Under the pieces are notes generated by a model that saw nothing but the letters and a program-made list of their open reading frames with translations, searched no databases and had not been told where the DNA came from. The translations under genes and the position numbers were made by a program. From Candidatus Kapaibacterium sp. (GTDB lineage Bacteria > Bacteroidota > Ignavibacteria > Palsa-1295), in NCBI GenBank assembly GCA_046598695.1, contig JBKJHR010000118.1, positions 1 through 31,767 of the forward strand: a stretch of 31,767 bases of DNA, read 5' to 3'. Within the stretch, counting starts at the first letter, position 1, and every line of letters starts with the position of its first letter. Shown piece after piece: positions 1-9,963 of the stretch.

Positions 1-2315
1 GTCAAAGTGCCCGTTAACGTTTTACCCTCTGCAGTAAATTTATAGATGTAACTTCCACCTAACAATTTATCAACACTGAGATTGGTTTCGTATGTACCTT
101 TCTCATGCCATTCATTAGAAACAACTTGAGCAATCTCACGCCCTAAAACATCATAAACCGCAATAGAGACGATTGATGGCTTTGTGAGCGAGTACACGAA
201 ATTTGTGTTCTTTAAAGCTGGGTTTGGATAGTTGGATACCAAAACTGCTTTCGCATCATCTGATGTCTTTACTGAGCTTACTTGGCTTTCAAGAGGGATA
301 GATTTTGCTTGAAGAACTGAACCCAAAGTAGATGTTCCTTTTACAACATTAGCGATAAAGACAATGTCAGCTTCAGATGTGACATCTACAGTGTCGTTTA
401 CAGTAAATGAGACATTTACTGTTACCTTGCTACCTGGTTCAACGATATTTCCATCTATTATCGTACCCGTACCAAAATTAACAGTAGTACCAAGCTCATT
501 GGGTATCATCTGGCGTACTACGTCCTTATGTTCATAATCCGTATGGTTTCCATTGACGTAATCAACTTGCGAACTAATGATGCCACTTTCCTTTACAACG
601 GTCGTCAAACGAATTGTTGATGTTGCATCATTTATCATGGCATGTGCTCGTTGTAACTCAATCTTTGCATCAACCTTGCGGGTTGTCTTATCAAACTTAT
701 AGGAGAGTATATTTATTGTAACAGGCGATGTAGGGGTCTCTTCAAGGACTCGGTCTACATAACTTGCCCACGCCCCTCTATTAGTCATTTGATAAGTCTC
801 ACCTGGGAAAAACCAACGCTGTATAGAAGCATTAGGATACCCCTGAATATTCATCTTGCTGAGTAATTTTACTCCAGAAGCAATTTGATAGGGCTCTGTT
901 GTAGAACCTCCATGATATTGAAGACTGATAAAGTTATCGGGATAGTTACCGTGAATTAGTGCAACAATTTCATGACCAGAAGGGCACCATCCACACCAAT
1001 CGCCGGTACCTTCTTCCAAGAGAACATTTGTTGACTGTGTAACAATGCTACTGCCAAGAACATACATCTTAACATCAAAAGTAATCGTTGCCTTTGCAGG
1101 GTCGTTAGTTTTGAGAGTCACTGTTGTCTTATACAAACCTTGGGCGAGAGATCCCGCATTTGCTATAAGGGAAATATTATCACTCTGAAGTGGATTGACA
1201 GAAAGTGAAGCCGACGATGATGAAAGCCACTTAGCATCTGAAGGTATCTCGATATTTACGGTGAGAGGTGCAACACCTAAGTTTTGAACAGAATACATAA
1301 GTTCACGAGTTTCTCCTTGAGGCAAATTGATCAATAAAGAAGGTGTATTTATCACAGCAAGAGGTTGTTTAGCATCACTTATTGTGAACTTGAACGCTCT
1401 ATCATTAGCCAATCCGCCCGCAAAATAAAGATCACTTCCTGCACCAAAAAGTTGCCCTGCATTATATGTAGCCACTGGTAGTGCGTATGATGATGACCAC
1501 TTACTTGTCGCTTCATCAAATATATATGTGTTAGAATAACCTGCTGGAGATTGGTTGTTCACTCCTCCGGTAAAGATGATTTTACCATTAGCAGCACCAG
1601 CTGATGGACGTGTTAATCCATTTGGCATCGCTGAAAGCTCAGACCAAGTAACATTATCACCACTTACTGTTCCACTCCATGCTTGATCGAGGTACCCCGA
1701 GGCATCGTTACCACCCATCACATAAATTTTACCGTTTGATACTGCACTTGCAGCATAGCGAGTAGTATATGGAGGTTTTGAAGTTGACTTTACCCAAGTA
1801 TCAGTAGTCGGGTTATATACTTGTATAAGGTTTGAGTCCACAACTGATGATGCTGTTCCTGTCGCTCCACCGATTACAAATATCTTCCCACCTACCTGTG
1901 CACCTGCAAAAAATGCAAGTTTAGCAAGAATGGGTGCTTTGGTAGTGAATGTTCCTGCGACGGGATCAAATTCATAGGTCTCGTTATTTGTAGCATAACT
2001 TGTACCACTGATGATCATACCGCCAACAATATAAATTTTACCGTTTACTGCAGCAGCGTAACCGCCGAATTTTGCCTTTGGCATAGTGACGGTAAGCTTT
2101 GTCCAACTTGCATCACCAGGAGAGTATACATATACGTTTTTTGACGCAGCATTGTCTGTGCCACCAAAGACGTAGAACTTACCATCAAGTTGTGCTGTCA
2201 TTGGCCAATTAAGCAAAACAGGTAGTCTAGGTATTTCAGACCACTGTGCCTTCGTCACCGTAAAGGCAACGATCATAAGCACGAATATAAAGAAATGACG
2301 TAACATTGTTTTCAT
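1..2315 (-). CDS. Secreted Kelch-repeat / Omp28-like (CxxC) / T9SS C-terminal domain protein, 3' end truncated by the window edge (absent from the ORF track)
   Basis: Hand translation from ATG at 2315: signal peptide MKTMLRHFFIFVLMIVAFTVTKAQW; Kelch units (GKFYVFGG, GKIYIVGG, GKIFVIGG, GKIYVMGG, GKIIFTGG); LLEEGTGDWCGWCP; then NYPNPA...VYDVLGREIA...GSYIYKF. Frame is open to base 3. Confidence 0.85.
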   Translation of the reverse strand, partial: MKTMLRHFFIFVLMIVAFTVTKAQWSEIPRLPVLLNWPMTAQLDGKFYVFGGTDNAASKNVYVYSPGDASWTKLTVTMPKAKFGGYAAAVNGKIYIVGGMIISGTSYATNNETYEFDPVAGTFTTKAPILAKLAFFAGAQVGGKIFVIGGATGTASSVVDSNLIQVYNPTTDTWVKSTSKPPYTTRYAASAVSNGKIYVMGGNDASGYLDQAWSGTVSGDNVTWSELSAMPNGLTRPSAGAANGKIIFTGGVNNQSPAGYSNTYIFDEATSKWSSSYALPVATYNAGQLFGAGSDLYFAGGLANDRAFKFTISDAKQPLAVINTPSLLINLPQGETRELMYSVQNLGVAPLTVNIEIPSDAKWLSSSSASLSVNPLQSDNISLIANAGSLAQGLYKTTVTLKTNDPAKATITFDVKMYVLGSSIVTQSTNVLLEEGTGDWCGWCPSGHEIVALIHGNYPDNFISLQYHGGSTTEPYQIASGVKLLSKMNIQGYPNASIQRWFFPGETYQMTNRGAWASYVDRVLEETPTSPVTINILSYKFDKTTRKVDAKIELQRAHAMINDATSTIRLTTVVKESGIISSQVDYVNGNHTDYEHKDVVRQMIPNELGTTVNFGTGTIIDGNIVEPGSKVTVNVSFTVNDTVDVTSEADIVFIANVVKGTSTLGSVLQAKSIPLESQVSSVKTSDDAKAVLVSNYPNPALKNTNFVYSLTKPSIVSIAVYDVLGREIAQVVSNEWHEKGTYETNLSVDKLLGGSYIYKFTAEGKTLTGTL

Positions 2316-2516
2316 ACGAAGCCGTTTTTTTTAAGTGAAAGTGGACACGATGTCCGTGAGTTAAAATTTTTTCGTGGAACAGGGCTTAGTCTGTCCGAAC
2401 GAAGCTTAAATATAACCCAAAAACCTGACAGATGTTTCCAGAATGTATAGAGAATGTTTCCTGGAAATATCTGTGATTTAGAGCGACACGCGAAGAGGTT
2501 GCTTTGTGACAAATGA

Positions 2517-2557
2517 CAGATCGGTAGCACAACCCAGGAATTTGTGCTACCGATCTG
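2517..2557. other. Perfect 16-bp stem / 9-nt loop hairpin between the TonB receptor and the Kelch gene (terminator-like or mRNA-stabilising)
   Basis: cagatcggtagcacaa-cccaggaat-ttgtgctaccgatctg; no clear U-tract. Confidence 0.6.
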
Positions 2558-2599
2558 ACTTCAAGTGCATTAAAACGGAGAGGTTATGGACCCTTTCCC

Positions 2600-4966
2600 T
2601 TAAAATTCTACGCGGAAACCGCCATAGGGGAATATCCCTAATTGGTTGATCTGCTTGATCCTTTGGTTACGTGGATCGTAGGCATAGCTCAGGACGTTCG
2701 CACGGTTCAGGACGTTTTCTGCTGTGAAAAACCCGATGATTGAGACGGAGCCGAGGTTCTGACGGAATTCCACTTTCACATCCAATCGCTGATATGTCGG
2801 GTATCGCTCCCCATACGCGCGGGATTCATCATAATAAAACTGCCCGAATTGCCCCGACGCATTATATTTTTTTGCCTTGAAGGTATCGATCGGAGTATAT
2901 GGAGCTCCACCGGCTGCAGTGTATTTCCCTGAGAATTCTATTGAGAATGTCGGGCTGATCTTCCAATCATATCCTGCAAGCACGTTGACGATGAATTGGT
3001 TATCAAATGCACCGTCGCGCCAAACGCCATCCGAACCAGTGAAACGTTGATGGAAGAATGAGCCTGTCGTTGTAAAATAATATCCATCAGAGAAATGCTT
3101 CATCATCGTTAGCTCAACTCCATACGCTTTGCCTAATCCCGTACTGATAAGTGCCTTATTCGTTGATACATTTCCGAAAGTGCTTCCTGAATTCAACATA
3201 CTGAAAGAACTCTGCGTATCACGTGCCACCGCGGCATGGGATATGTCTTTGTAGTAACCCTCAACTTTCAAGAGCAAGTCACTTGCGAGTTGATTGGAGT
3301 ATCCTAAGATATAATGGATAGATTGAGAGAAGTCAAGATCCTTGTTTGCGGCATTTCCGAAATAGATCACAAGCGGCAATGATTGACGATGAATACCAAT
3401 ACCTGCTGTGAGTGATTGCCCTTCAGCAAAAGCCCATGCTGCGCCAAATCGAGGTTCGATTGATGTTTTCTTGCTGATCTCGAAATACTGAAGATGCACT
3501 CCAGTGTTAAATGTGAACTCGTCGTTCGGACGCCATTGCCAATTCAAAAAACTCAGTGCATGAAACGAAGAGCCGTCTGCGTTGATAGAATACGGAATAC
3601 CATTTGCTTCATCACGCACCGTGCTTCGCGCCTCATTCAGATCATAATAGGGCAGACGCGCTTCAATGCCGCCGCTAAACACATTTGATACATCAGCACT
3701 ATAGCTGAGTTTATACTTTGCAGAATAAAATCCTTCTTTGGAATCGCTTTTATAAAAGAGGTCTTTGCTTGTGACGTGATTGTTATTATCTGTTGTAAGC
3801 GAATCAACCTGCGTCCTGAATTTTGCATAGACAGTGCTGAGGGTAAATTGTCCAACAGTTTTATCATTGAAGAGATGTTTCCAATTTGCACCAAGCACCC
3901 CAAGATCACTGCCATTGGTGATGTCAAAGTCTCCAGTATAGACAGTATCTTGCTTGCTTTGTTCGATATTAATATCACTTCTGCCGCCGAGGGCGATTAT
4001 AGAGAGTGCGTCATTCGCACCGAGTTGAATATCTGCTTTTAACGTAAGATCATCGTACTTCGGCACTCCTGCAAATCCGAAATCAATACCGAGTGCATCG
4101 AATATCTGTAACGTTGATTTACGGTAGCTTGCGATGAAAGAACTTCCATTGCCAAAAAGCGGACCTTCGATCAACGCTTCAAATCCTGCAAAGCCGAGTT
4201 GACCAACGAATTCAAATCGCTCGCTATTTCCTTTGCGCGTCCGAAGATCAAATACACCTGACATCTTATCCCCATATTCTGCGGGGAAAGCACCGGTAAG
4301 GAAGTCGCTATTATTTAGAAGATTGACGTTGATCGCATTCACGGGTCCGCCCGTTGCGCCTTGTGTGGCAAAGTGATTTGGGTTGGGGATGTCAATGTTA
4401 TCGAGTCGCCAAAGTAACTCTGTTGGTGAGCCGCCACGTATGATAATATCATTGCGTTGATCGTCAACCCCGACAACTCCTGCGAAGCTCTGTGCCATGC
4501 GTGCGGGGTCCTCACGGCTTCCAGCAAAACGCTTGACTTCATCAACCGAGAATGTTGCTGCACTGATGAGTGCCTCTTCGTTATTGGGTTTGAAGTTATC
4601 ACCAGCGCGAACGATGATCTCTTCGCCCTTGACGACTTTTTCTTTCATCTGAATTGTCAGCACGACTTGCTTGCCGCTTGTTGCGAGAATGTCCTGCGTG
4701 ATCGTCTCAAATCCCGCGGCTGTGATTCGGAGCGTAAGTCTACCCACGGGGACTTTCTCGATTCGGAATGTACCGTCTGTTTTGCTTTTTGCCCCGAGCT
4801 TGGTATCAATAATGTAGATGTTCGCACCAATGACGGGTTGATCGTTATCAAGTGCAGTGATCGTGCCTTTGACGGTCTGGCTTGGTGTTGTCTCCTGAGC
4901 GCTTGCGAATTCAAACCCCAGGATAAGTGATATGACGATAATGAACTGTATGAATGATGTTTTCAT
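2600..4966 (-). CDS. TonB-dependent receptor with N-terminal carboxypeptidase-regulatory-like domain
   Basis: Signal peptide; VKGTITALDNDQPVIGANI domain; plug motifs IIIRGGSP, DNIDIPNPNHF, GAFPAEYG; C-terminal aromatic GGFRVEF. Confidence 0.93.
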   Translation of the reverse strand: MKTSFIQFIIVISLILGFEFASAQETTPSQTVKGTITALDNDQPVIGANIYIIDTKLGAKSKTDGTFRIEKVPVGRLTLRITAAGFETITQDILATSGKQVVLTIQMKEKVVKGEEIIVRAGDNFKPNNEEALISAATFSVDEVKRFAGSREDPARMAQSFAGVVGVDDQRNDIIIRGGSPTELLWRLDNIDIPNPNHFATQGATGGPVNAINVNLLNNSDFLTGAFPAEYGDKMSGVFDLRTRKGNSERFEFVGQLGFAGFEALIEGPLFGNGSSFIASYRKSTLQIFDALGIDFGFAGVPKYDDLTLKADIQLGANDALSIIALGGRSDINIEQSKQDTVYTGDFDITNGSDLGVLGANWKHLFNDKTVGQFTLSTVYAKFRTQVDSLTTDNNNHVTSKDLFYKSDSKEGFYSAKYKLSYSADVSNVFSGGIEARLPYYDLNEARSTVRDEANGIPYSINADGSSFHALSFLNWQWRPNDEFTFNTGVHLQYFEISKKTSIEPRFGAAWAFAEGQSLTAGIGIHRQSLPLVIYFGNAANKDLDFSQSIHYILGYSNQLASDLLLKVEGYYKDISHAAVARDTQSSFSMLNSGSTFGNVSTNKALISTGLGKAYGVELTMMKHFSDGYYFTTTGSFFHQRFTGSDGVWRDGAFDNQFIVNVLAGYDWKISPTFSIEFSGKYTAAGGAPYTPIDTFKAKKYNASGQFGQFYYDESRAYGERYPTYQRLDVKVEFRQNLGSVSIIGFFTAENVLNRANVLSYAYDPRNQRIKQINQLGIFPYGGFRVEF

Positions 4967-4985
4967 ATTAACGACGGGTTATTTA

Positions 4986-5005
4986 TGAACAATGTTTAGT
5001 TGAGT
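4986..5005 (-). promoter_or_regulatory. Candidate TetR operator before the TonB receptor
   Basis: Minus strand ACTCAACTAAACATTGTTCA, imperfect palindrome TAAAC-nnn-GTTCA; a near copy lies before tetR. Confidence 0.55.
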
Positions 5006-5018
5006 GTAAAAAAAATGT

Positions 5019-5624
5019 TTATCTGCTTATGAGTAAAAAGAAGCTCTCAACGATTGCCTTTGTCATTTGCTCAACTTCTTCATTCGGAATGATGATTCTC
5101 TTCTTGATGATGAGGGATGATACGCCATGGAGCATATTCCATACCATCATTGAAGCGAGTTCAGCATTCTTGATCTTGAGTGTGCCACTGTCAATGCATT
5201 CGGCAACGGTCTCCTTCAATTGTTGGTATGCCAATTTACCAATATCTTCGCAGTGTTCTTCAGCGATGACATTCATCGGTATTTCGATGATGAACATCAG
5301 GTCATAGAGCTTGGGGTTATCCATCGCCCATTTAACATAGGCTTTCGCGCGTTGATACAGGCGTTCATGGGGGTCGCTAATTCCAGAATATCTTGCCTGG
5401 TCAGCGACGAACAAACCGAAAGATAGGTTATAGAGCGCATAAAAGATCTCATCCTTATCTCTGAAATACAGATAGATCGTTGCCGGGCTGAACTCTATCT
5501 TCTCTGCAATGCTTCGGATCGTTACTTTCTCAAAACCTTCTTCAAGGTACAACTCCATCGCCGCATTCATAATGAGGCTCTTCATTGACTCCCTATCTCG
5601 TTCTTTTCTTTCTGATATTCCCAT
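5019..5624 (-). CDS. TetR/AcrR family regulator
   Basis: N-terminal HTH GFEKVTIRSIAEKIEFSPATIYLYF; C-terminal WNMLHGVSSL typical of the WHG-type ligand domain. Confidence 0.95.
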   Translation of the reverse strand: MGISERKERDRESMKSLIMNAAMELYLEEGFEKVTIRSIAEKIEFSPATIYLYFRDKDEIFYALYNLSFGLFVADQARYSGISDPHERLYQRAKAYVKWAMDNPKLYDLMFIIEIPMNVIAEEHCEDIGKLAYQQLKETVAECIDSGTLKIKNAELASMMVWNMLHGVSSLIIKKRIIIPNEEVEQMTKAIVESFFLLISR

Positions 5625-5640
5625 AACTACGATTATTAAC

Positions 5641-5660
5641 TAAACGACGTTTACTTGAGT
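5641..5660 (-). promoter_or_regulatory. Candidate TetR autoregulatory operator
   Basis: Minus strand ACTCAAGTAAACGTCGTTTA, palindrome TAAAC-nnn-GTTTA, 16 nt before the tetR ATG. Confidence 0.55.
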
Positions 5661-5682
5661 TCCGTCTGATTGAGGTGGGTAT

Positions 5683-5712
5683 AAAAAAAGACCCTACAAA
5701 AGTAGGGTCTTT
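5683..5712 (-). terminator. Intrinsic terminator after the ECF sigma gene
   Basis: Minus strand aaagaccctac-tttt-gtagggtcttt followed by a T-run. Confidence 0.85.
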
Positions 5713-5738
5713 CATGCTGATCGCTTTTTGCGAAGAGC

Positions 5739-6401
5739 TTAATTCTTATGAATTCCGCCTGCCGCGCCAACGAGTCCCAATTCTTCCTCGTGACGGGTCT
5801 TGCGATGACGCTCTTCGTCAACGTTGTAGCCTCGGATGCGGGCATACTCGATGAGCTTGGAGCGCAGAAGCTTTCTGCCTCTGTGAAGTCTTGAACGGAC
5901 AGTCCCTATTGGGCAGTCCACGAACTCAGCGATCTCCTCGTACGTAAATCCTTCGATGTCGCAAAGAATAACGACGGTGCGGAAATCTTCGGGAAGAGAT
6001 TCCACAGCACGGGTCAGATCATCATCTAAAAGATTACGATAGAGACGCGCTTCCATATCGTTCGGGTCAGTGTATTCCGAACGGATGGTGTTGTAAAAAT
6101 TCTGAATGTCTTCGTAATCAACTTTATCCGGCTCTTTCGATTCCTTACGATAAATATTGATGTACGAGTTCTTCATGATACGGAATAACCACGCCTTGCA
6201 GTTCGTGCCTGGCTCGAACTTATCCCAAAAACGGTACGCCTTCATGTACGTCTCTTGGAGGAGATCATTCGCGTCGTCAGGGTCGCTCGTCATACGCAGA
6301 GCGAAGTTATACAGTGCAGTGACGTGCGGCATCGCTTCGCGTTCGAAGTCCTTATGCCGTGCACGAATCACCTTATCATCTAATTGTCCTACAGTATCCA
6401 T
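5739..6401 (-). CDS. ECF sigma-70 factor, SigR/SigH-like
   Basis: Region 2 DANDLLQETYMKAYRFWDKFEPGTNCKAWLFRIMKN; region 4 LPEDFRTVVILCDIEGFTYEEIAEFVDCPIGTVRSRLHRGR; tail YARIRG resembles actinobacterial SigR/SigH (from memory). Confidence 0.92.
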   Translation of the reverse strand: MDTVGQLDDKVIRARHKDFEREAMPHVTALYNFALRMTSDPDDANDLLQETYMKAYRFWDKFEPGTNCKAWLFRIMKNSYINIYRKESKEPDKVDYEDIQNFYNTIRSEYTDPNDMEARLYRNLLDDDLTRAVESLPEDFRTVVILCDIEGFTYEEIAEFVDCPIGTVRSRLHRGRKLLRSKLIEYARIRGYNVDEERHRKTRHEEELGLVGAAGGIHKN

Positions 6402-6844
6402 TGTGCTATGCCTTCTTTTTCTTCCTTAAGACCATTCGTAATCGTAGCCTACAAGAAATCATTTTCATATTGTGGGATTTTTTTCCATAAAGGGGGAGTT
6501 GTTATTATGCTCCCACCGAGAAGAACCCCTACCGTCATCTCTTCCAATCAAGAATAACAAATATACGACATTTTTCAGACCTATCCACAAAAAACGTTCC
6601 TAAACCACAGAGGATTTTATCAAAAATTGTGGATTTCTTGACTATTTCTTATTCGTAAAACCCGTCGCATAGTTTCGGAACCCACAGTTCCCGACTGATA
6701 ATTCTACTCTAATGACACCAAAAACCGACTTTTCGGGTCGCTTTCTTAGCGATTATGAATAAAAATTCACGTTTGGAAATAGAGAACTGGCTAGCACGGA
6801 GTGGCGTCTGGCTACTATAAGTTACCACAGGCTCATTCATGTCG

Positions 6845-6852
6845 TATTTTTG
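6845..6852 (+). promoter_or_regulatory. Possible Bacteroidota-type -7 promoter element (TAnnTTTG)
   Basis: tatttttg 25 nt before the Fe-S gene ATG; the motif is short and AT-rich, so chance is not excluded. Confidence 0.4.
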
Positions 6853-6877
6853 CCTTTCTAACTTGCGACTTTAATTT

Positions 6878-9013
6878 ATGACTGTTAAGACGATTATCTT
6901 TCTGGGGGTGCTGGTGGCGGCGTTTGGTGGGGTTGCGTATAATGTACGCAAGCTCACGGATTTCCTGCGTGTCGGCAAATGGACGAACCGATTCGATAAC
7001 ATCCCTGAGCGCTTGCGCCGCACGTTCGTCATTGCCATCGGGCAATCGAAGATCATGCGCGATCCCGTCGCCGGTCCGATCCATGCCTTCATTTTCTGGG
7101 GCTTTATCGTTCTCCTGTTTGCCGTTATTGAGTCTATTGGTGAAGGGATCATCGGGCGATTCTCGCTGTCTTTCCTCGGCGGAGCATATTCCGTGATAAC
7201 GGTATCGCAAGATATCTTCATCGCACTTATCATCTTTTCGCTATTCGGCGCATGGTATCGCAGAGTTGTTTCGAAGGTCAAACGTCTGCAAGGTGATGCA
7301 CACGAGAAGAAGGATGCGATGATGGTGTTGGCAACAATAGCCGTGATCTGTATCGCACTTCTTTTTACGAACGCAACGCGTATAGCTGTTGGCGGTATCT
7401 ATCCGCATGAAGTACGTCCTCTCACAAGTGCTCTATCGGGTTTTTTCTGTAGCTGTGGCAAGACGGAAGTTTTGTTTGAAGTCTTCTGGTGGATACATAT
7501 CATTGCCGTTCTCGGCTTTATGAATTACTTGCCGTACTCGAAGCATTTGCACGTAATGACGAGTATCCCAAATGTATTCCTCTCCGATCTTCGTAAAAAG
7601 AATTATCTCAAGGCAATAAATTTTGAGGACGAGACGCTTACACAATATGGAGCGAAGGATATTGAAGATCTTTCATGGAAGCAGCTTTTTGATGGCGATA
7701 CATGTACGCATTGCGGAAGATGCTCGTCAGTCTGCCCTGCAAATTTAACGGGCAAATCACTTGATCCGAAATGGATCATCATCGCTACGCGCGAACGGAT
7801 GCTCGATAAGGCTCCGTATTTGATGGCAGATAATGCGTTCGGATTTCCTTCATGGGAAGATGCGATCGCCGGAAAAACACCCGACCCGCATTCCACTCAT
7901 AATCCATCACTCGAAACTCATCAGTCCCCAAACCCTGGGACGTTGCTCGGTACAAAACCTCGCATGAGCAAGGAAGAAGCTGAGGCGAAGACATTCATAG
8001 GTGATTATATCCCGAACGAAATGCTTTGGCAATGCACGACCTGCCAGGCATGTATTCAGGAATGTCCTGTAATGATCGAGCACGTTGACGAGATCGTTGA
8101 CTTGCGCCGTAATCTCGTGATGATGGAAGCGAACTTCCCACCGGAATTGCAATCAGCATTCAGCTCGATGGAGAATAACTATTCGCCGTGGGCATTCTCA
8201 CCAAGCGAACGTGCCGATTGGGCTGATGGTCTTGGCATTGAGACAATGGCAGAGTATTCAGCAAAAGTAAAACCTGAAGAGAAAGAAGATATGATCCTCT
8301 TCTGGGTTGGATGTGCCGGTTCATTCGATGCACGAGCAAAAAGTATTTCACGCGCCTTTGCAGAGCTGATGCAAATAGCAGGAAAGAATTTCAAGATACT
8401 CGGCACCGAAGAAAAATGCACTGGCGACCCTGCACGGAGAATGGGCAATGAATACTTGGCGCAGACGCTCATCAAAGAAAATGTCGAAACGCTTAATCGC
8501 TACAACGTGAAGAAGATCGTTACGACGTGTCCGCATTGCTTCAATGCGATCAAGAATGAATGGGGCGATTTCGGAGGAAATTACGACATCGTCCATCACA
8601 CCGAATACGTTGCCGAGCTTCTTGCCAAGGGTGATCTTGTCATTACCAAAGACCTTGAAGAGCGCGTGACGTATCACGATTCATGCTATCTCGGCAGATC
8701 GAATGATATTTACGATGCACCTCGCGCTGTGTTGGAAAATATCCCCGGCTTGGAGATCGTCGAGATGGATCGTAATAAATCCAAAGGACTTTGCTGCGGC
8801 GCAGGCGGCGGACAGATGTGGATGGAAGAAACCGAAGGCAAGCGCATCAACATCGAACGGACCGAAGAAGCATTAGCGACCGACGCAAAGACCATCGCCT
8901 CAGCCTGCCCCTTCTGCATGACAATGATGTCAGACGGCGTTAAAGCCAAAGAACAAGTAGACAACGTGCGAGTAAAAGACATCGCCGAGATTCTGTTGGA
9001 GGTGGTGAGGTAG
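6878..9013 (+). CDS. Membrane-bound Fe-S oxidoreductase (HdrD/GlpC/FadF-like): transmembrane domain, two 4Fe-4S motifs, CCG domains
   Basis: About 5-6 TM helices; [12 protein letters not shown]; [12 protein letters not shown]; CCG-domain motifs [35 protein letters not shown]. Confidence 0.93.
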   Translation: MTVKTIIFLGVLVAAFGGVAYNVRKLTDFLRVGKWTNRFDNIPERLRRTFVIAIGQSKIMRDPVAGPIHAFIFWGFIVLLFAVIESIGEGIIGRFSLSFLGGAYSVITVSQDIFIALIIFSLFGAWYRRVVSKVKRLQGDAHEKKDAMMVLATIAVICIALLFTNATRIAVGGIYPHEVRPLTSALSGFFCSCGKTEVLFEVFWWIHIIAVLGFMNYLPYSKHLHVMTSIPNVFLSDLRKKNYLKAINFEDETLTQYGAKDIEDLSWKQLFDGDTCTHCGRCSSVCPANLTGKSLDPKWIIIATRERMLDKAPYLMADNAFGFPSWEDAIAGKTPDPHSTHNPSLETHQSPNPGTLLGTKPRMSKEEAEAKTFIGDYIPNEMLWQCTTCQACIQECPVMIEHVDEIVDLRRNLVMMEANFPPELQSAFSSMENNYSPWAFSPSERADWADGLGIETMAEYSAKVKPEEKEDMILFWVGCAGSFDARAKSISRAFAELMQIAGKNFKILGTEEKCTGDPARRMGNEYLAQTLIKENVETLNRYNVKKIVTTCPHCFNAIKNEWGDFGGNYDIVHHTEYVAELLAKGDLVITKDLEERVTYHDSCYLGRSNDIYDAPRAVLENIPGLEIVEMDRNKSKGLCCGAGGGQMWMEETEGKRINIERTEEALATDAKTIASACPFCMTMMSDGVKAKEQVDNVRVKDIAEILLEVVR

Positions 9014-9018
9014 GGATC

Positions 9019-9435
9019 ATGGCCAAATACGAAATCAAAACCAAGCTCAATGACGCTTCTGTCAAGGCGTTCTTGGATGCTTTGGAGGATGAGGTTAAGC
9101 GCGAGGATTGCTACGCTGTTTCGGAGATGATGCAGAAAGCAACGAAGGCGGAGCCGAAGATGTGGGGTTCTGCTATCGTTGGTTTTGGCTCGTATCATTA
9201 TCAAGGTAAAAGTAGCGAAGGTGAGTGGATGCTTATTGGTTTCTCTCCTCGTAAGGCGAACATCACACTCTATATTGGCTCAGCCTTTGAGGAGTATGAA
9301 ACACTTGCGCCGAAATTAGGTAAATACAAGGTCAGCGGCTCATGTTTACACATCAAGAAGCTCGCAGATGTTGACACGAAAGTTTTACAGCAAATGATAA
9401 AGGCCTCGGTCGCACACAGGAAGAAAAAGAAATGA
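9019..9435 (+). CDS. DUF1801 (YdhG-like) protein
   Basis: PKMWGSAIVGFGSYHY...GFSPRKANITLY...LGKYKVSGSCLHIKKLADVD pattern. Confidence 0.88.
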   Translation: MAKYEIKTKLNDASVKAFLDALEDEVKREDCYAVSEMMQKATKAEPKMWGSAIVGFGSYHYQGKSSEGEWMLIGFSPRKANITLYIGSAFEEYETLAPKLGKYKVSGSCLHIKKLADVDTKVLQQMIKASVAHRKKKK

Positions 9436-9956
9436 GTTCATATTATCAACATCGGCTTTCATCAGGCAATAACAATACTGTTATTGCCATCTCCGCCACT
9501 GAGTGCGGAAAGCTCTTTGCTGATGATACACGAAGCGATATTGGCTCCGAAGCAGAGAAGATGAAGTTTGCAAATGTTATTAATGACCTCGTCGCAAAGT
9601 TCATACGTTTGGATACTGACCCCAACTCCGGCTCAGAAATGATCGTTATGGAGCGTCTATATCCCCTTGACTATCGCGGACTCGAAGTAGAAAAGCGCGA
9701 ATTGCTGTATGAAGTCTTTGAAGATGAATTGATACAATTACACAAAGCAGGATTTGTACATCATGATATTAAACGCCCTTTAAGTGAACGCGGCGAACCT
9801 TATGATAATATCTTTCTCACGGAGAAAGGCGTCCGATTGATAGATGTTGGTATATCGGCATTGCGTTCGCAGGTTGGTGAGAAATTGTTTGCACGATATG
9901 TGGAAGAAGAGCTGAAAGAACTTGCGCAGTTCAAAATATATTTTCTTGAACGCTAA
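9432..9956 (+). CDS. Small protein-kinase-like protein (Bud32/RIO-like minimal fold)
   Basis: IVMERL hinge, LHKAGFVHHDIK catalytic loop, DNIFL, LIDVG; ATGA overlap with the DUF1801 gene. Confidence 0.8.
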   Translation: MSSYYQHRLSSGNNNTVIAISATECGKLFADDTRSDIGSEAEKMKFANVINDLVAKFIRLDTDPNSGSEMIVMERLYPLDYRGLEVEKRELLYEVFEDELIQLHKAGFVHHDIKRPLSERGEPYDNIFLTEKGVRLIDVGISALRSQVGEKLFARYVEEELKELAQFKIYFLER

Positions 9957-9963
9957 CAACCCT

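Noticed and set aside
2312-2530. 72-aa minus-strand ORF
   Set aside because: Non-ATG start, spans the hairpin and upstream region of the Kelch gene, no protein-like features
3494-4930. Several ORFs inside the TonB receptor gene, and similar ORFs within the Fe-S, E1, pst, phoU and T9SS genes
   Set aside because: Antisense or alternate-frame shadows of well-supported genes with no recognisable motifs
6570-6602. Minus-strand GGAAC...GTCTGA upstream of the ECF sigma as an autoregulatory promoter
   Set aside because: Spacing is about 2 nt short of the E. coli sigmaE pattern and it does not match the GAAAC-N15-CCGTTAT motif, so autoregulation is unsupported
6402-6877. Small ORFs or an anti-sigma gene in the divergent intergenic region
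   Set aside because: Only ORFs of about 30 codons or fewer were found, none with a ZAS HxxxCxxC motif
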